Shown here: positions 38,674-48,723 of the stretch, piece after piece
How positions within the stretch are numbered: position 1 is the first letter of the stretch
Layout of the letters: each line of letters begins with the position of its first letter
From: a candidate division WOR-3 bacterium
GTDB taxonomy: Bacteria; Hydrothermota; Hydrothermia; B15-G9; WFZT01
DNA length: 50,992 nucleotides
Reading direction: 5' to 3'
Assembly (NCBI GenBank): GCA_027053075.1
Contig: JALUEE010000038.1
Span: forward strand, 1-50,992
The notes under the pieces: generated by a model
What the model was told of the DNA's origin: nothing
Database searches by the model: none
The model's input: only the letters and a program-made list of their open reading frames with translations
Translations under genes and position numbers: made by a program

Positions 38674-40971
38674 TTAGTAAAAGTTTCCTATTTGCAGGTG
38701 GGTAACCCATTGCCCACCCCTGTTTTGGAGTCCATATCCAAGATCAACACCTATCACTCCCAGCATGGGAACTTCCATTCTAAACCCAAATCCCACTGAA
38801 GTTTTCAGCTTAAATGGATCAACATCGTTGATCGTTCTCCAGGCATCGCCTCCTTCAGCGAAAACCAGTGCGTAAATTCTATCGTTAAACCTGTATCTTT
38901 CCTCAAATGTGCCAATGAAAAATTCGCGTCCACCTACTACATATCCATTCTCAACAGGCCCCACACTTCTTGCCGGATATCCTCTTAGACCAAACGGCCC
39001 CACATCGCCCAGGAAAAACCTCTCATAAAATGGTACGTCCATGGGGTTGTAAATCCCGGTCACAAAGCCGGTGAAAATTCGGAAAACAGAGATAAACTTA
39101 TCGCTGTGATTGGGCACATACTGGACATATTCAAAAAGATGTTTGTGAATGTTGACCTCACCCTTAAAATCTTTGATCAATCTCAACATCTGAATGCCCA
39201 AGTTAAAGACCGGTAAATACCTGAGATAATGTGACCTTATCGGTCCTCCAAAAAGGTCAAAAGTGTAGGAAACTCGATGTCCAGTAGTTCCATTGTAAAT
39301 TCTATCTCTTGTATCCCACGTCAACTTTGTCGTTAGCTCAGACGTGAAGAGCGGCGATTTTTCATACCAGTGCTTGTATGCAGGAAGTTTTAAGAGTCCT
39401 TTTGCGATGTTGTAAACCGAGGTTTTCTCCATCTTGTAGGTGACACTGACTCTCCAGTAGTCATTCCACAGTGGGCGGCCGTAGGTGACACTGGCACCTG
39501 AGCGCGCATATGTATAATCAGGATAGATGTCAGAAACACTGTAAATGCTCGTGCCAATCAGGTTGGGTGTCCCTTTATACCAGGGCTCTGTAAAGGAGAA
39601 TGAAACGTTTCTCCTGCTTCCACCGTATTCAAGCAATACTGAGACATTCTGCCCCTTTCCGAGGAAATTAGGCTCGGTCATGTTGAATGACAGGAAGGCA
39701 CCCGTAGCCTTGGAGTAATTCGCTCCCATTCCAAGCTTACCCGTCGATTTTTCCTTTACTTTGAAATTTATATCAATGTAGTTGGAATCCGGAGTCGGCG
39801 AGAAATCAAGAGTCACATTCTCAAAGTAGTTCAGATAGAACAGGTCTCTCTGGGATTTTATAGCAAGCGCCCGTGAAAAATAGTTCCCCGGGATAAGGTC
39901 AATCTCACGTCTTATAACCCTATCATAGGTCTTTGTGTTACCTTCGATATTCACGAGACGCACCTTTACCCGGTTTCCCTCATGGATTCTGAATGTGATA
40001 TCCAGAATAGAATCCTGGCGAATGTCCTCAATAGGCGTAACATTGATGTAAAGGTAGCCCGAATCACTGTAGAGCTCAGAAATCCCTTCAATGGATTTAT
40101 TAAGGAGTTTTTGTGAATAAGGTTTTCCGGGCTTGATTTTAATCCTTGAGAGCAAGAGAGAATCAGGATATACTGTGTTGCCCTCAATGGAGTAATTCCC
40201 AAAAATAAATTTCTTTCCCTCGGTGATATAAACCGTGATATAAAGCCACTTACCCTCGTAGTCCATCTTTGTGGAATCTATCTTTGCCTCAGGGAATCCA
40301 TTGTTTCTGTATTTTTCGAGAATTTTAGCAATGTCCTTTTCCCATTTATCTTCTTCGAACTTGCCCGAATGTAACCATGATTTTGGATGGGTTTTGAGTT
40401 TTTTCAAAAGAAATTTGTCGGAGAGGTGTTTATTTCCCACAAAGACGATTTTTTTGATGCGATACTTCTTCCCCTCTCTGATGTCAAACTCCACGTCAGC
40501 GTGTCCAAGTGAGTCGATTTTATTTATCTTTATGTCCACTTCTGCCCGCATGTAACCTTTCTTAAAATAGAGGTCTTTTATGCGTTTCTTCCATTTGAAC
40601 ATGTTGTAACCCGAAACAGGAGTTCCTCGTCTGAGGTTGAGACTATCTTTTAAGACTCCACTTTTGAGCTTTTTGTTCCCTATGAATGTCCAGGACCAGA
40701 GGATAGGATTCTCTTTGATTTGAAAAATCAGCTTAACTCCACCATCTTTGAGAGGTTGGGAATAAACGGCAACATAATCGTAGAATTCAGACTGGACAAG
40801 CCTGCGAATGGTTCCTGAAATCACATCTGTACTGACAGTTGTATTAAGGGGAATGGGGATTGAGGATTTGAGGGCTTGCGGTGATGTCCACCGCAAGCCC
40901 TCAAATCCTATTTTTTCAACTTTATACCCTGCCTGTCCTAAGAGTAGAAAGATGAGTAGTGTTTTAACCAA
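38674..40971 (-). CDS. bamA: Outer membrane protein assembly factor BamA
   Basis: POTRA repeats (GNTKT.D.VIRRE), N.LGKGQ, FTEPW, LRGY and a C-terminal beta-barrel with aromatic end. Confidence 0.92.
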   Translation of the reverse strand: MVKTLLIFLLLGQAGYKVEKIGFEGLRWTSPQALKSSIPIPLNTTVSTDVISGTIRRLVQSEFYDYVAVYSQPLKDGGVKLIFQIKENPILWSWTFIGNKKLKSGVLKDSLNLRRGTPVSGYNMFKWKKRIKDLYFKKGYMRAEVDIKINKIDSLGHADVEFDIREGKKYRIKKIVFVGNKHLSDKFLLKKLKTHPKSWLHSGKFEEDKWEKDIAKILEKYRNNGFPEAKIDSTKMDYEGKWLYITVYITEGKKFIFGNYSIEGNTVYPDSLLLSRIKIKPGKPYSQKLLNKSIEGISELYSDSGYLYINVTPIEDIRQDSILDITFRIHEGNRVKVRLVNIEGNTKTYDRVIRREIDLIPGNYFSRALAIKSQRDLFYLNYFENVTLDFSPTPDSNYIDINFKVKEKSTGKLGMGANYSKATGAFLSFNMTEPNFLGKGQNVSVLLEYGGSRRNVSFSFTEPWYKGTPNLIGTSIYSVSDIYPDYTYARSGASVTYGRPLWNDYWRVSVTYKMEKTSVYNIAKGLLKLPAYKHWYEKSPLFTSELTTKLTWDTRDRIYNGTTGHRVSYTFDLFGGPIRSHYLRYLPVFNLGIQMLRLIKDFKGEVNIHKHLFEYVQYVPNHSDKFISVFRIFTGFVTGIYNPMDVPFYERFFLGDVGPFGLRGYPARSVGPVENGYVVGGREFFIGTFEERYRFNDRIYALVFAEGGDAWRTINDVDPFKLKTSVGFGFRMEVPMLGVIGVDLGYGLQNRGGQWVTHLQIGNFY

Positions 40972-40977
40972 GCTGGA

Positions 40978-43437
40978 TTAACCTCCCTCTGCCACCCCCA
41001 CGACGCTGGATGTCCCGGATTTAAATCCAAGTGTATCCTTCTCGTGATCGTAGTAAACTACTACTGTGTCTCCTTCTTTAATTTTACCCTGGAGGAGCAC
41101 CTCGGAAAGAGGTTCCTCCACGTACTTCCTGATAACTCTTCTTAAGGGTCTTGCTCCGAATTCCTCATCATAGCCCTTTTCGGCAAGGAAGTCCTTTGCC
41201 TCAGGCTCAAGAACGATGGTAAGTTTCTTCTCCTTCAGCCTGTCCTGGAGCTCTCCTATCAGGATATCCACAATCTTCTTGATGTGCTCCTTGTTGAGCT
41301 TCCTGAAAATGATGACCTCGTCGATCCTGTTTAAGAATTCCGGTGGAACAATTCGCTTGAGCTCGCTGATAAGGAACTCTTTCATAGAATTGTAATCGGC
41401 AACCTCACGGTCTTCCTGCTTAAATCCAAGACCATGCGCCTTCTTAAGGTGTTTGGTACCGATGTTTGATGTAAGAATAATCACGGTGTTCCTGAAATTG
41501 ATCTTTCTTCCATAGCTATCTGTGAGAATACCCTCTTCAAGTATCTGAAGGAGAATGTGGTAGACATCTGGATGTGCCTTTTCAAATTCGTCAAATAGCA
41601 CCACAGAGTAAGGTTTTCTGCGGACTTTCTCTGTAAGCTGACCTCCCTGCTCGTATCCTACATAACCCGGAGGTGCTCCGATGAGACGGGAAACGTTGAA
41701 CCTTTCCATGTACTCGGACATGTTGATTTCAATAAGCGCGTCCTGCGAGCCGAAGAGAAACTCTGCAAGTACCTTCGCAAGCTCTGTTTTACCAACTCCG
41801 GTAGGGCCAAGGAAAATGAATGAGCCGATTGGTCTTCTTGGGTCTTTTATACCAGCGCGTGAACGTCTGATGGCCTTAGCAAGGGCTTCAATTGCCTCAT
41901 CCTGGCCTATTATCTTCTTTTTAAGCTCCTTCTCCATGTTGAGCAATCTGATCTGCTCGGTCTGCGCAAGTCGGGAGAGTGGAATCCCTGTCCAGCGAGA
42001 AACAACCTCTGCCACGTGCTCCACAGTAACAGTCTGGTAATCCTCCATACTCTGCAGCATGCGTTTTCTCTCGGCAATCTTCTTTTCCAGCACCTTCTCA
42101 CGGTCTCTGAGCTTTGCCGCTTTCTCAAATTCCTGATTATCTATGGCATTCTCTTTTAATCTTTTTGCCTCATCAAGCTCGTCTTTTAACCTTTCAAGAA
42201 CCTCATCTGTTGCTCTCGACGAGAGCTTCACTTTGGCACCTGCCTCATCAAGCACATCAATGGCCTTGTCCGGCAGATACCTGTCTGTTATGTAACGGTC
42301 TGCAAGCTTTGCAGCTGCTTCAAGGGCTTCATCTGTGTATTTAACACCGTGGAAAGATTCGTATTTTTCTTTCAATCCTTTGAGAATATCGATTGTCTCG
42401 TTAATTGTAGGTGGTTCAACGATTACAGGCTGGAACCTTCTCTCAAGGGCTCCATCCTTTTCGATGTATTTACGGTACTCCTCCAGGGTGGTTGCCCCTA
42501 TAACCTGAATCTGCCCCCTTGCAAGGGCAGGTTTCAGCATATTTGAGGCATCGATTGCACCCTCAGCTGCTCCCGCACCTATAACCGTGTGAAGCTCGTC
42601 AATGAAAAGAATAACATCTGGTGCCTCAGCAGCCTCGTTTACTATCGCCTTGAGTCGCTCTTCAAACTGACCTCTGTATTTTGTGCCGGCAACGACTGCC
42701 GCAAGGTCAAGGGCCAGTATTCTCTTATCGAGAAGTGCGTCGGGCACCTTTCCTTCAACTATCCTCTGGGCAAGTCCTTCGACAATTGCCGTCTTTCCGA
42801 CTCCAGGTTCACCGATCAAAACCGGATTGTTTTTCTTTCTACGTGAGAGAATCTGTATAACCCTTTCGATTTCCTTTTCACGTCCAATTACAGGATCAAG
42901 CTTTTTCTCGCGTGCAAGCTGAGTGAGGTCTGTGGAGAAATTCTCAAGTGTTCTTGTGCCTCTTCCGTGTCTTCTGCCTGTGGAGGATTGCTCTCCCTTG
43001 CCGAGCAATCTAAGGGTTTCTTCCCTGACAAGCTCAAGGTCAACACCAAGATTAAGGAGCAGCTGGGCAGCGATGCCCTTCCTCTCCCTTAAAATTCCAA
43101 GCAAAATATGCTCTGTTCCAATGTAATTGTGCCCAAGTTTCTTTGCCTCTTCAAAGGCAAAATTCATTGCCCTGCGGGCACTTGCGTTAAGGGGAATCTC
43201 CCCCATGGTAATTGCCCCTCTGCCAGGGGGCACGGCATCTTCAACCGCTTTTCTCAGTTCGGAGAGGTCAAGACCGAGGTTCGTCAGGACCATCGCGGCG
43301 ACACCCTCACCGATCCTCGAAAGACCAAGCAGGATATGCTCGGTTCCAATATAGTTGTGCATCAAACGAATAGCCTCTTCCCTTGCGAGATAGAGAACTC
43401 TTTTTGCTCTTTCTGTAAATCTGTCGTTTATGAACAC
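40978..43437 (-). CDS. clpC: ATP-dependent Clp protease ATP-binding subunit ClpC
   Basis: Two Clp-N repeats (GTEHILLG), [11 protein letters not shown] coiled coil ([11 protein letters not shown]), GPTGVGKT and a ClpP-docking LGF loop. Confidence 0.95.
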   Translation of the reverse strand: MFINDRFTERAKRVLYLAREEAIRLMHNYIGTEHILLGLSRIGEGVAAMVLTNLGLDLSELRKAVEDAVPPGRGAITMGEIPLNASARRAMNFAFEEAKKLGHNYIGTEHILLGILRERKGIAAQLLLNLGVDLELVREETLRLLGKGEQSSTGRRHGRGTRTLENFSTDLTQLAREKKLDPVIGREKEIERVIQILSRRKKNNPVLIGEPGVGKTAIVEGLAQRIVEGKVPDALLDKRILALDLAAVVAGTKYRGQFEERLKAIVNEAAEAPDVILFIDELHTVIGAGAAEGAIDASNMLKPALARGQIQVIGATTLEEYRKYIEKDGALERRFQPVIVEPPTINETIDILKGLKEKYESFHGVKYTDEALEAAAKLADRYITDRYLPDKAIDVLDEAGAKVKLSSRATDEVLERLKDELDEAKRLKENAIDNQEFEKAAKLRDREKVLEKKIAERKRMLQSMEDYQTVTVEHVAEVVSRWTGIPLSRLAQTEQIRLLNMEKELKKKIIGQDEAIEALAKAIRRSRAGIKDPRRPIGSFIFLGPTGVGKTELAKVLAEFLFGSQDALIEINMSEYMERFNVSRLIGAPPGYVGYEQGGQLTEKVRRKPYSVVLFDEFEKAHPDVYHILLQILEEGILTDSYGRKINFRNTVIILTSNIGTKHLKKAHGLGFKQEDREVADYNSMKEFLISELKRIVPPEFLNRIDEVIIFRKLNKEHIKKIVDILIGELQDRLKEKKLTIVLEPEAKDFLAEKGYDEEFGARPLRRVIRKYVEEPLSEVLLQGKIKEGDTVVVYYDHEKDTLGFKSGTSSVVGVAEGG

Positions 43438-43459
43438 AGGTTAATCACCCCCAGTGTTT

Positions 43460-44152
43460 TCATCCTTTTTTCGCCTCCTTTAAACCCTCGATAAATGCAA
43501 TTTCTTGCGAGGCTTTAAATGCAAGTGTATGGTCCTTAAATTTATCTTTGAACTCCTTAAACATTTTCAATGCAGTTTCGTAATCTCCTTCAAGCTCCTT
43601 GCACTTCGCGGCTTTGTAGAAATAAAGCCCTTTGTAAGTCTTTGTAAGTGCAAGGCGATAGGCTTCCATATATTCTTTGTAAGCGTCTTCAAAAAGCCCT
43701 TTATTCTCGTAAACAGCGGCAAGCCCTGCATGTGCCGCCGCCTCGAGGAATTTGTCATCTACCTTTGATTTGAGGAATTTTTCAAAATAGAACTTGGCCG
43801 AGTCATTGTTGAAATGATCAAGATAATAGACCCCGAGATAATAATAGGCTTTTTTGCCATAGATAGTGTTTTTATACTTCGTTGCAAGCTGGCGGAATTG
43901 ATCCAGATAGGAGTTTGTGGTGTCTTTACTCGCAAAAAGTGTAACTGCCCTCAGATAAGTGAGCTCCGCATCAGGATTTTTACGATTATGAGAGCTCTTT
44001 GAATAACCAATTACAATCAATACAGCAAGAAGTATTGCACTGACCAGAATCACCTGGTCTTTCTTCTCTACAAGCCAGAAAAAGCTCTTCTGCAGGAAGT
44101 CCCTTACCGGATCCCGTCTCAACTCTTCTTTTGTAAGTCTTTTCTTTGCCAT
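43460..44152 (-). CDS. Membrane-anchored TPR protein (YfgM-like)
   Basis: KEELRRDP N-terminus, single TM and TPR repeats; SD GGAGG. Confidence 0.75.
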   Translation of the reverse strand: MAKKRLTKEELRRDPVRDFLQKSFFWLVEKKDQVILVSAILLAVLIVIGYSKSSHNRKNPDAELTYLRAVTLFASKDTTNSYLDQFRQLATKYKNTIYGKKAYYYLGVYYLDHFNNDSAKFYFEKFLKSKVDDKFLEAAAHAGLAAVYENKGLFEDAYKEYMEAYRLALTKTYKGLYFYKAAKCKELEGDYETALKMFKEFKDKFKDHTLAFKASQEIAFIEGLKEAKKG

Positions 44153-44173
44153 TTCTCAATTCCTCCGTTGGAA

Positions 44174-44202
44174 ATTATACCTATGTAAAAATTTTATGTC
44201 AA
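44174..44202 (-). promoter_or_regulatory. Consensus sigma70 promoter for the TPR-clpC-bamA...folK run
   Basis: Perfect TTGACA, 17-nt spacer, TATAAT. Confidence 0.85.
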
Positions 44203-44315
44203 GCAACCCCCAAAACCGGGTTTTCTCACATCGTTGCGAGAAATCGCCGTATTTTTCAGATTACAGATTTGGGCTTAAATATACTCTTTTGAGGCAGGTT
44301 TTTCAAACGTTGGGA

Positions 44316-47300
44316 TTAGCTTATTCTCTGGAAAACAGGCTTTACATAAGGTGATTGGGTGAGGAGTTCCGCCCTCAGATGCTTGTCAGAGGCACGTGAA
44401 AGGGTTTTCTTGATCCAGTAAACACTTCTGTTCAGATAATCACTGCACTTATCGGCCCGTCCTGTATAAAATCCAATGGCAAATCCATTAAAGTAGAGCA
44501 AGACCCTTTCTATAGGCGTGAAGCCATTGGACTCCCGTTCAAGCCTCTTGAAACTGTCAAACGGAATACTGCGCAATCCCGATTCGATCATCAAAAACGT
44601 CAGGAAATTCAGAATTCTGTAATAAAAGCCCAGGTAAGAATCTGCTCCCGTTGGAAGCTTGAGCAACCTGTAAGCTTTCTCAGTCTCACCCTGCTTAATC
44701 AAATTCAAAGCTCTAATGGCTCCAGAGAAAGATTTATTGATGGGCAGTCCCTCGACTTTTGCACTAAGTCTTCTGAGTTCCTCTTTTCTGTCAAGGAGGA
44801 AAAGGTTTAAAGCTTCGATAACATAATGCTTGGCCACCATATTAATCGGCATATTCTTCTCAAACATCCTTCTCGACGTTCTCACATATTCCAGTGATTC
44901 TCCAAATTTTCCGAGTCTCAGGAAAACTTCGCTTTTCAAGTACAGCAGCGATGCAACCGTAAAATAATCATCAATGTTTTCCTGCGCTACAGATAGAAAA
45001 CTGTCTATGGAATCCATGTTAGCATAAATTTTTGCAAGCTCAATTACAAACCAATCTCTGGGCTCCATCTGCTCGCGCCCTTCTTTTAGCAACGGCTCTA
45101 TATGTCTGGTGAATATATTGGTCACCCTCATTCCTGGATTGGATTCAAAATTGAGATTTACAAATGCCATTAGACCAAGCAATCTGTAAGGCTCCAGATT
45201 ACGACTTTCTGCTAACCCTTTAACTCTGGAATATACAGATTTTGCCTGTTCAACATCGCCGGTAAATTCAAGGGCCTTACCCTTTAAAAATAAAATCTTC
45301 AATAAGACCTCATAGTCACCATTTCTCTTGATAAACCAATAATTTTCGGAAATGGCTTTCAGAACATCCTGGAATCTTCCGCCCTTCAAAAGGCTCTGAA
45401 TTTCATCGAGAAGAAGATTAGTCCACAGAACTCCAGGCCTTGATATTCGCTTTCTCCAGTTATTAAGAAACTTTCCTGCAAGTTCATAGTCTCCCCTACT
45501 GTTAAAACGTCTGAGAAGCTTATCTGACCACTTTTTAAATCTTGAAACGTTCTCAAAATTGGCGAGGAGATTTGTGATCTTATCGATATTGGCCTTTGTA
45601 ATCTCCCAGTGGTCCAGAATTGTATCAACAATGGACACAGATTGATCTATTTCACCGATATCCATAAAAATTTGTGCAGCCTTAAGAAGAGTTTCACCAC
45701 CCTCCCCTTCACTGGCATAAATTTCTACTATCTCTTCTGCCAGAAATCTTTGAAATTTGGGGTCTCTTTTCAAAAGCTCCTTCTTAACAATTTCGCCAAT
45801 CCTCTCCTGCGACAATCTTACCACACCGTTTCTGTATGAAATCAAACCATAAAAGCTCAGATCGCTAAGGGATTCGTAAAAGCTTAACCTATCGCCATCG
45901 AGCAGTTTATAAAGATAATCAATCTTAACCTCCTTCAAAATAGCGAGGGCCTTTAAGATATCAAGGGCTTTCGATGTTAAAGCACTAAAAGTGTCTTTGA
46001 TGTAATCCTGTAACCAGTTTTGAATGCCAGCCTCATACCCACTTTCAAAAATCCACCTTCCGTCCTCATACTTTAGAACTCCAAGCCTGTGAAGATAATT
46101 TAAAATATGCTTGATTCTTGTTGGATACCCCCTTGATACCTTTTGAATTCTTTTTGCAACTGTATCCGGAACAGGTCCACCGAGCAGAAGTTCGAGCAGT
46201 CTCGAGGTTTCCCGCTCTGTGTAGGGATGTATCTTGAAAATTTTCGTTTCTGTTTTAACATGCTCTATATATGACTTTGCAGACTCTTTAAGTGAAACAC
46301 TCTGCTTGTCATATGTCTGAATTACAAAAAGCGGGGTACTCTTCTTTAAAGAATCGAAAACACGAGAAAGGAGTTTCAGCGTCCTCGATTCTACATTTTC
46401 AATGTTAGAAATGCCGATAAAAAGCGGATGTAGTTTTGAAACTCGTCTTATAAAGTTAGTTGCAGATTCTGCGATTACCTGATCGTTCCTATTTTCAACC
46501 ATCCTATCAAAATCCTGCTCGTCTACTTCTTGGGAGAGAGACCCCAGGATTTCTTTGAATTTCTTGAACATTTCTTTTATCAAAAAGTTCTGCTCAAATC
46601 TTTGACTGAACCCTGTGAACAGGTTAACAACAAGGAACCCATCGGAGGATGCCTTTTCAGCAAGATAGTTGAGTAATTCTCCTTTGCCTGTTCCTGACGG
46701 TCCTTCAAGCAAGACATTGATAAACTTACCGCTCTTTGCCTCTTCCATAAGAGACACAAGCTCTTTGAAAATGTGTTCCCTTCCCACAAGGTTGACATTG
46801 ATGTCATAGATGTCAGTACCCGGAAATCTCTCACTGTAGCATAGAAAACCGGTTCCGGCTTTTTTTGCACAGTACATCCTTGTGTCCGCGATCTCTATTA
46901 AGGATTCAAGGTGCTCACTATCCTTTGGAAAGACAGCGATTCCAATACTTGTTTTTCTCATGAATTTCCGGGTGACCCAGTTAGCAGGATTGCTGAGATT
47001 ACGAATGATCCTTTTTGCAACCTCTGTTGCCTTTCTGAGCGTTGTGTTTGGCAGGACTATAACAAATTCATCCCCCCCATAACGGACGAGAATATCTTTT
47101 TTCCTGAGCGATTTTTTGAGGATATTTGTAAATTCAATGAGGGCCTGATCACCAGCAGAATGTCCCCATGTATCGTTAATTTCCTTGAATTTATCAATGT
47201 CGAGAAATAGAACAGCTAACCTTTTGCCCTTCTGTTTTAAACTATCAAAAATCGCGGAAACTTTATCCCTCAGGTACCGGCGATTGTAAGTGTTTGTAAG

Positions 47301-47336
47301 CTCATCTCTGTACAGGAGGGAAGGATCAATCTTCAT
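44316..47336 (-). CDS. Diguanylate cyclase (GGDEF) fused to a STAND/AAA_16-like NTPase and helical/TPR repeats
   Basis: DELT..YNRR, DID.FK.IND.WGH..GD, RKKD I-site, RYGGDEF; LVGRE...L; P-loop GPSGTGKG; S.G.P; long helical C-terminus. Confidence 0.85.
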   Translation of the reverse strand: MKIDPSLLYRDELTNTYNRRYLRDKVSAIFDSLKQKGKRLAVLFLDIDKFKEINDTWGHSAGDQALIEFTNILKKSLRKKDILVRYGGDEFVIVLPNTTLRKATEVAKRIIRNLSNPANWVTRKFMRKTSIGIAVFPKDSEHLESLIEIADTRMYCAKKAGTGFLCYSERFPGTDIYDINVNLVGREHIFKELVSLMEEAKSGKFINVLLEGPSGTGKGELLNYLAEKASSDGFLVVNLFTGFSQRFEQNFLIKEMFKKFKEILGSLSQEVDEQDFDRMVENRNDQVIAESATNFIRRVSKLHPLFIGISNIENVESRTLKLLSRVFDSLKKSTPLFVIQTYDKQSVSLKESAKSYIEHVKTETKIFKIHPYTERETSRLLELLLGGPVPDTVAKRIQKVSRGYPTRIKHILNYLHRLGVLKYEDGRWIFESGYEAGIQNWLQDYIKDTFSALTSKALDILKALAILKEVKIDYLYKLLDGDRLSFYESLSDLSFYGLISYRNGVVRLSQERIGEIVKKELLKRDPKFQRFLAEEIVEIYASEGEGGETLLKAAQIFMDIGEIDQSVSIVDTILDHWEITKANIDKITNLLANFENVSRFKKWSDKLLRRFNSRGDYELAGKFLNNWRKRISRPGVLWTNLLLDEIQSLLKGGRFQDVLKAISENYWFIKRNGDYEVLLKILFLKGKALEFTGDVEQAKSVYSRVKGLAESRNLEPYRLLGLMAFVNLNFESNPGMRVTNIFTRHIEPLLKEGREQMEPRDWFVIELAKIYANMDSIDSFLSVAQENIDDYFTVASLLYLKSEVFLRLGKFGESLEYVRTSRRMFEKNMPINMVAKHYVIEALNLFLLDRKEELRRLSAKVEGLPINKSFSGAIRALNLIKQGETEKAYRLLKLPTGADSYLGFYYRILNFLTFLMIESGLRSIPFDSFKRLERESNGFTPIERVLLYFNGFAIGFYTGRADKCSDYLNRSVYWIKKTLSRASDKHLRAELLTQSPYVKPVFQRIS

Positions 47337-47342
47337 GTTTCA

Positions 47343-47371
47343 ATTATGGAAAACCGGATTACCTGCGTCAA
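47343..47371 (-). promoter_or_regulatory. Predicted sigma70 promoter giving a leaderless mRNA for the GGDEF gene
   Basis: TTGACG, 17-nt spacer, CATAAT, then 6 nt to the ATG; no SD. Confidence 0.65.
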
Positions 47372-47454
47372 GTTCCGGCACAAAATGCCCGAAAATATTG
47401 CTTATTCTGGCATCCGTCTTGAAAAATGAGGTTAGGGAAAAGTAGATTGCGGTA

Positions 47455-47614
47455 TCAATTTTAAGCTATTCTCTAACTGAGGAATTGATGAAGTGAGCCT
47501 TTTCCATAGCCCGCAAATGCGCAACGGAACAGAGGGAATCTTTATCAGGAAGATGGACTATGCAAGAAGTGAGGCTCTGCGATTCCGTGTGGCAGATTTT
47601 TTCGATAGAATTGA
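47455..47614 (+). ncRNA. Candidate rod-shaped structured ncRNA (unassigned)
   Basis: Nested complementary segments TCAATTTTA/TAGAATTGA, GGAATTG/CGATTCC, GAGCCT/AGGCTC and CATAGCCC/GGACTATG; upstream TTGAAA-18-TAGATT; no credible ORF. Confidence 0.3.
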
Positions 47615-47896
47615 GCCTATTCGAATAATCTGTGTAAATACATTGATGGATTCACGCAGTAACATTTTTCCTCACCCCAAATAAATTTGCTTGTGGGGTA
47701 ATGAAAGGATGGGGACACATCAAAAAATCTTTATCAAAAATCTATCTCTCCCTTTGTGGGGATAGGTCATGGTGAGGGTTTGCATCTTGATTTTTAAGGT
47801 TTTGGCAGATTCGATGGGATTAGTTTCTTGTTAGTTTGCTAATCTTCCAGGAAAAACACGTGGAGATATAGTAAGGTTTTTAAAAAGGGGGACAAA

Positions 47897-47931
47897 AAGG
47901 TGGGCGGCACGCGAAGCGTGCCGCCCACCTT
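47897..47931 (-). terminator. Rho-independent terminator of iclR
   Basis: 16-bp stem AAGGTGGGCGGCACGC-GAA-GCGTGCCGCCCACCTT running into a T-tract on the minus strand, just after the stop codon. Confidence 0.8.
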
Positions 47932-47937
47932 CCTCAT

Positions 47938-48723
47938 TTACAATTTCTTCCACTCTCCCTTGTAACCCAGCTGCCTTGAAACCTTCTCAGCAACTTCGTT
48001 CAAACGCGGGAGATACTTCTCTATCATTTCGTTGATGGTCGTCCTGCTCGTGGATGAGGCAATATTCATTGCAGCAACAACTTCTCCAGTATAATCCTTA
48101 ATGGGAACAGCAATAGAGATCAGTCCTGGCTCAAGCTCTTCATCATTCACACTGTAGCCACGCTCTTTGATTTTGTTAAGCTCGTCTCTGAATTTCTCAT
48201 AATCTGTGATCGTTTTGTCAGTTAGCTTCTCAAGGCTACCACCGAGAAGGGCCTTCACTGTCCTGAAAGGTTTATAGGCAAGAATTAGCTTGCCCATTGC
48301 CGTTGCATGAGCTGGAAGACGTGTTCCAACTCTGATGTTTGTTCCCATTATTCTACGAGCCGGTACCCTCACCACATAGATAATGTCTTTCCCATCAAGC
48401 ACTGCAAGATTCACACTCTCATTGAATTCTTCCCTTAACTCCTCCATATAGGGAAGTGCAATGTCTGGATAGTGCAGGGAAGACACATATGTGTGACACA
48501 GCTCCAGTATTTTGGGTGAAAGTCTGAAGTATTTCTTGGCTGTTTTTTCCAAAAGCCCAAGGTCTTCAAGGGTGTAAAGGAATCTTCTTGCAGTAGCTCT
48601 GTCAAATCCAACAAGATCAGCCACTTCTGTGAGTGTGAGCATAGGTCTGTCAGGCGTAAAAGCCTTCAAAACCTTGAATCCCTTTCCAAGGGATTTCACA
48701 TAATAATCGGGTCTCCTGGCCAT
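47938..48723 (-). CDS. IclR-family transcriptional regulator (PcaR/PobR-like)
   Basis: VKSLGKGF.VL.AF, RATARRFLYTL, VGTRLPAHATAMGK and DEELEPGL.SIAVP motifs; SD GGGAGG before ATG 48723. Confidence 0.92.
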   Translation of the reverse strand: MARRPDYYVKSLGKGFKVLKAFTPDRPMLTLTEVADLVGFDRATARRFLYTLEDLGLLEKTAKKYFRLSPKILELCHTYVSSLHYPDIALPYMEELREEFNESVNLAVLDGKDIIYVVRVPARRIMGTNIRVGTRLPAHATAMGKLILAYKPFRTVKALLGGSLEKLTDKTITDYEKFRDELNKIKERGYSVNDEELEPGLISIAVPIKDYTGEVVAAMNIASSTSRTTINEMIEKYLPRLNEVAEKVSRQLGYKGEWKKL

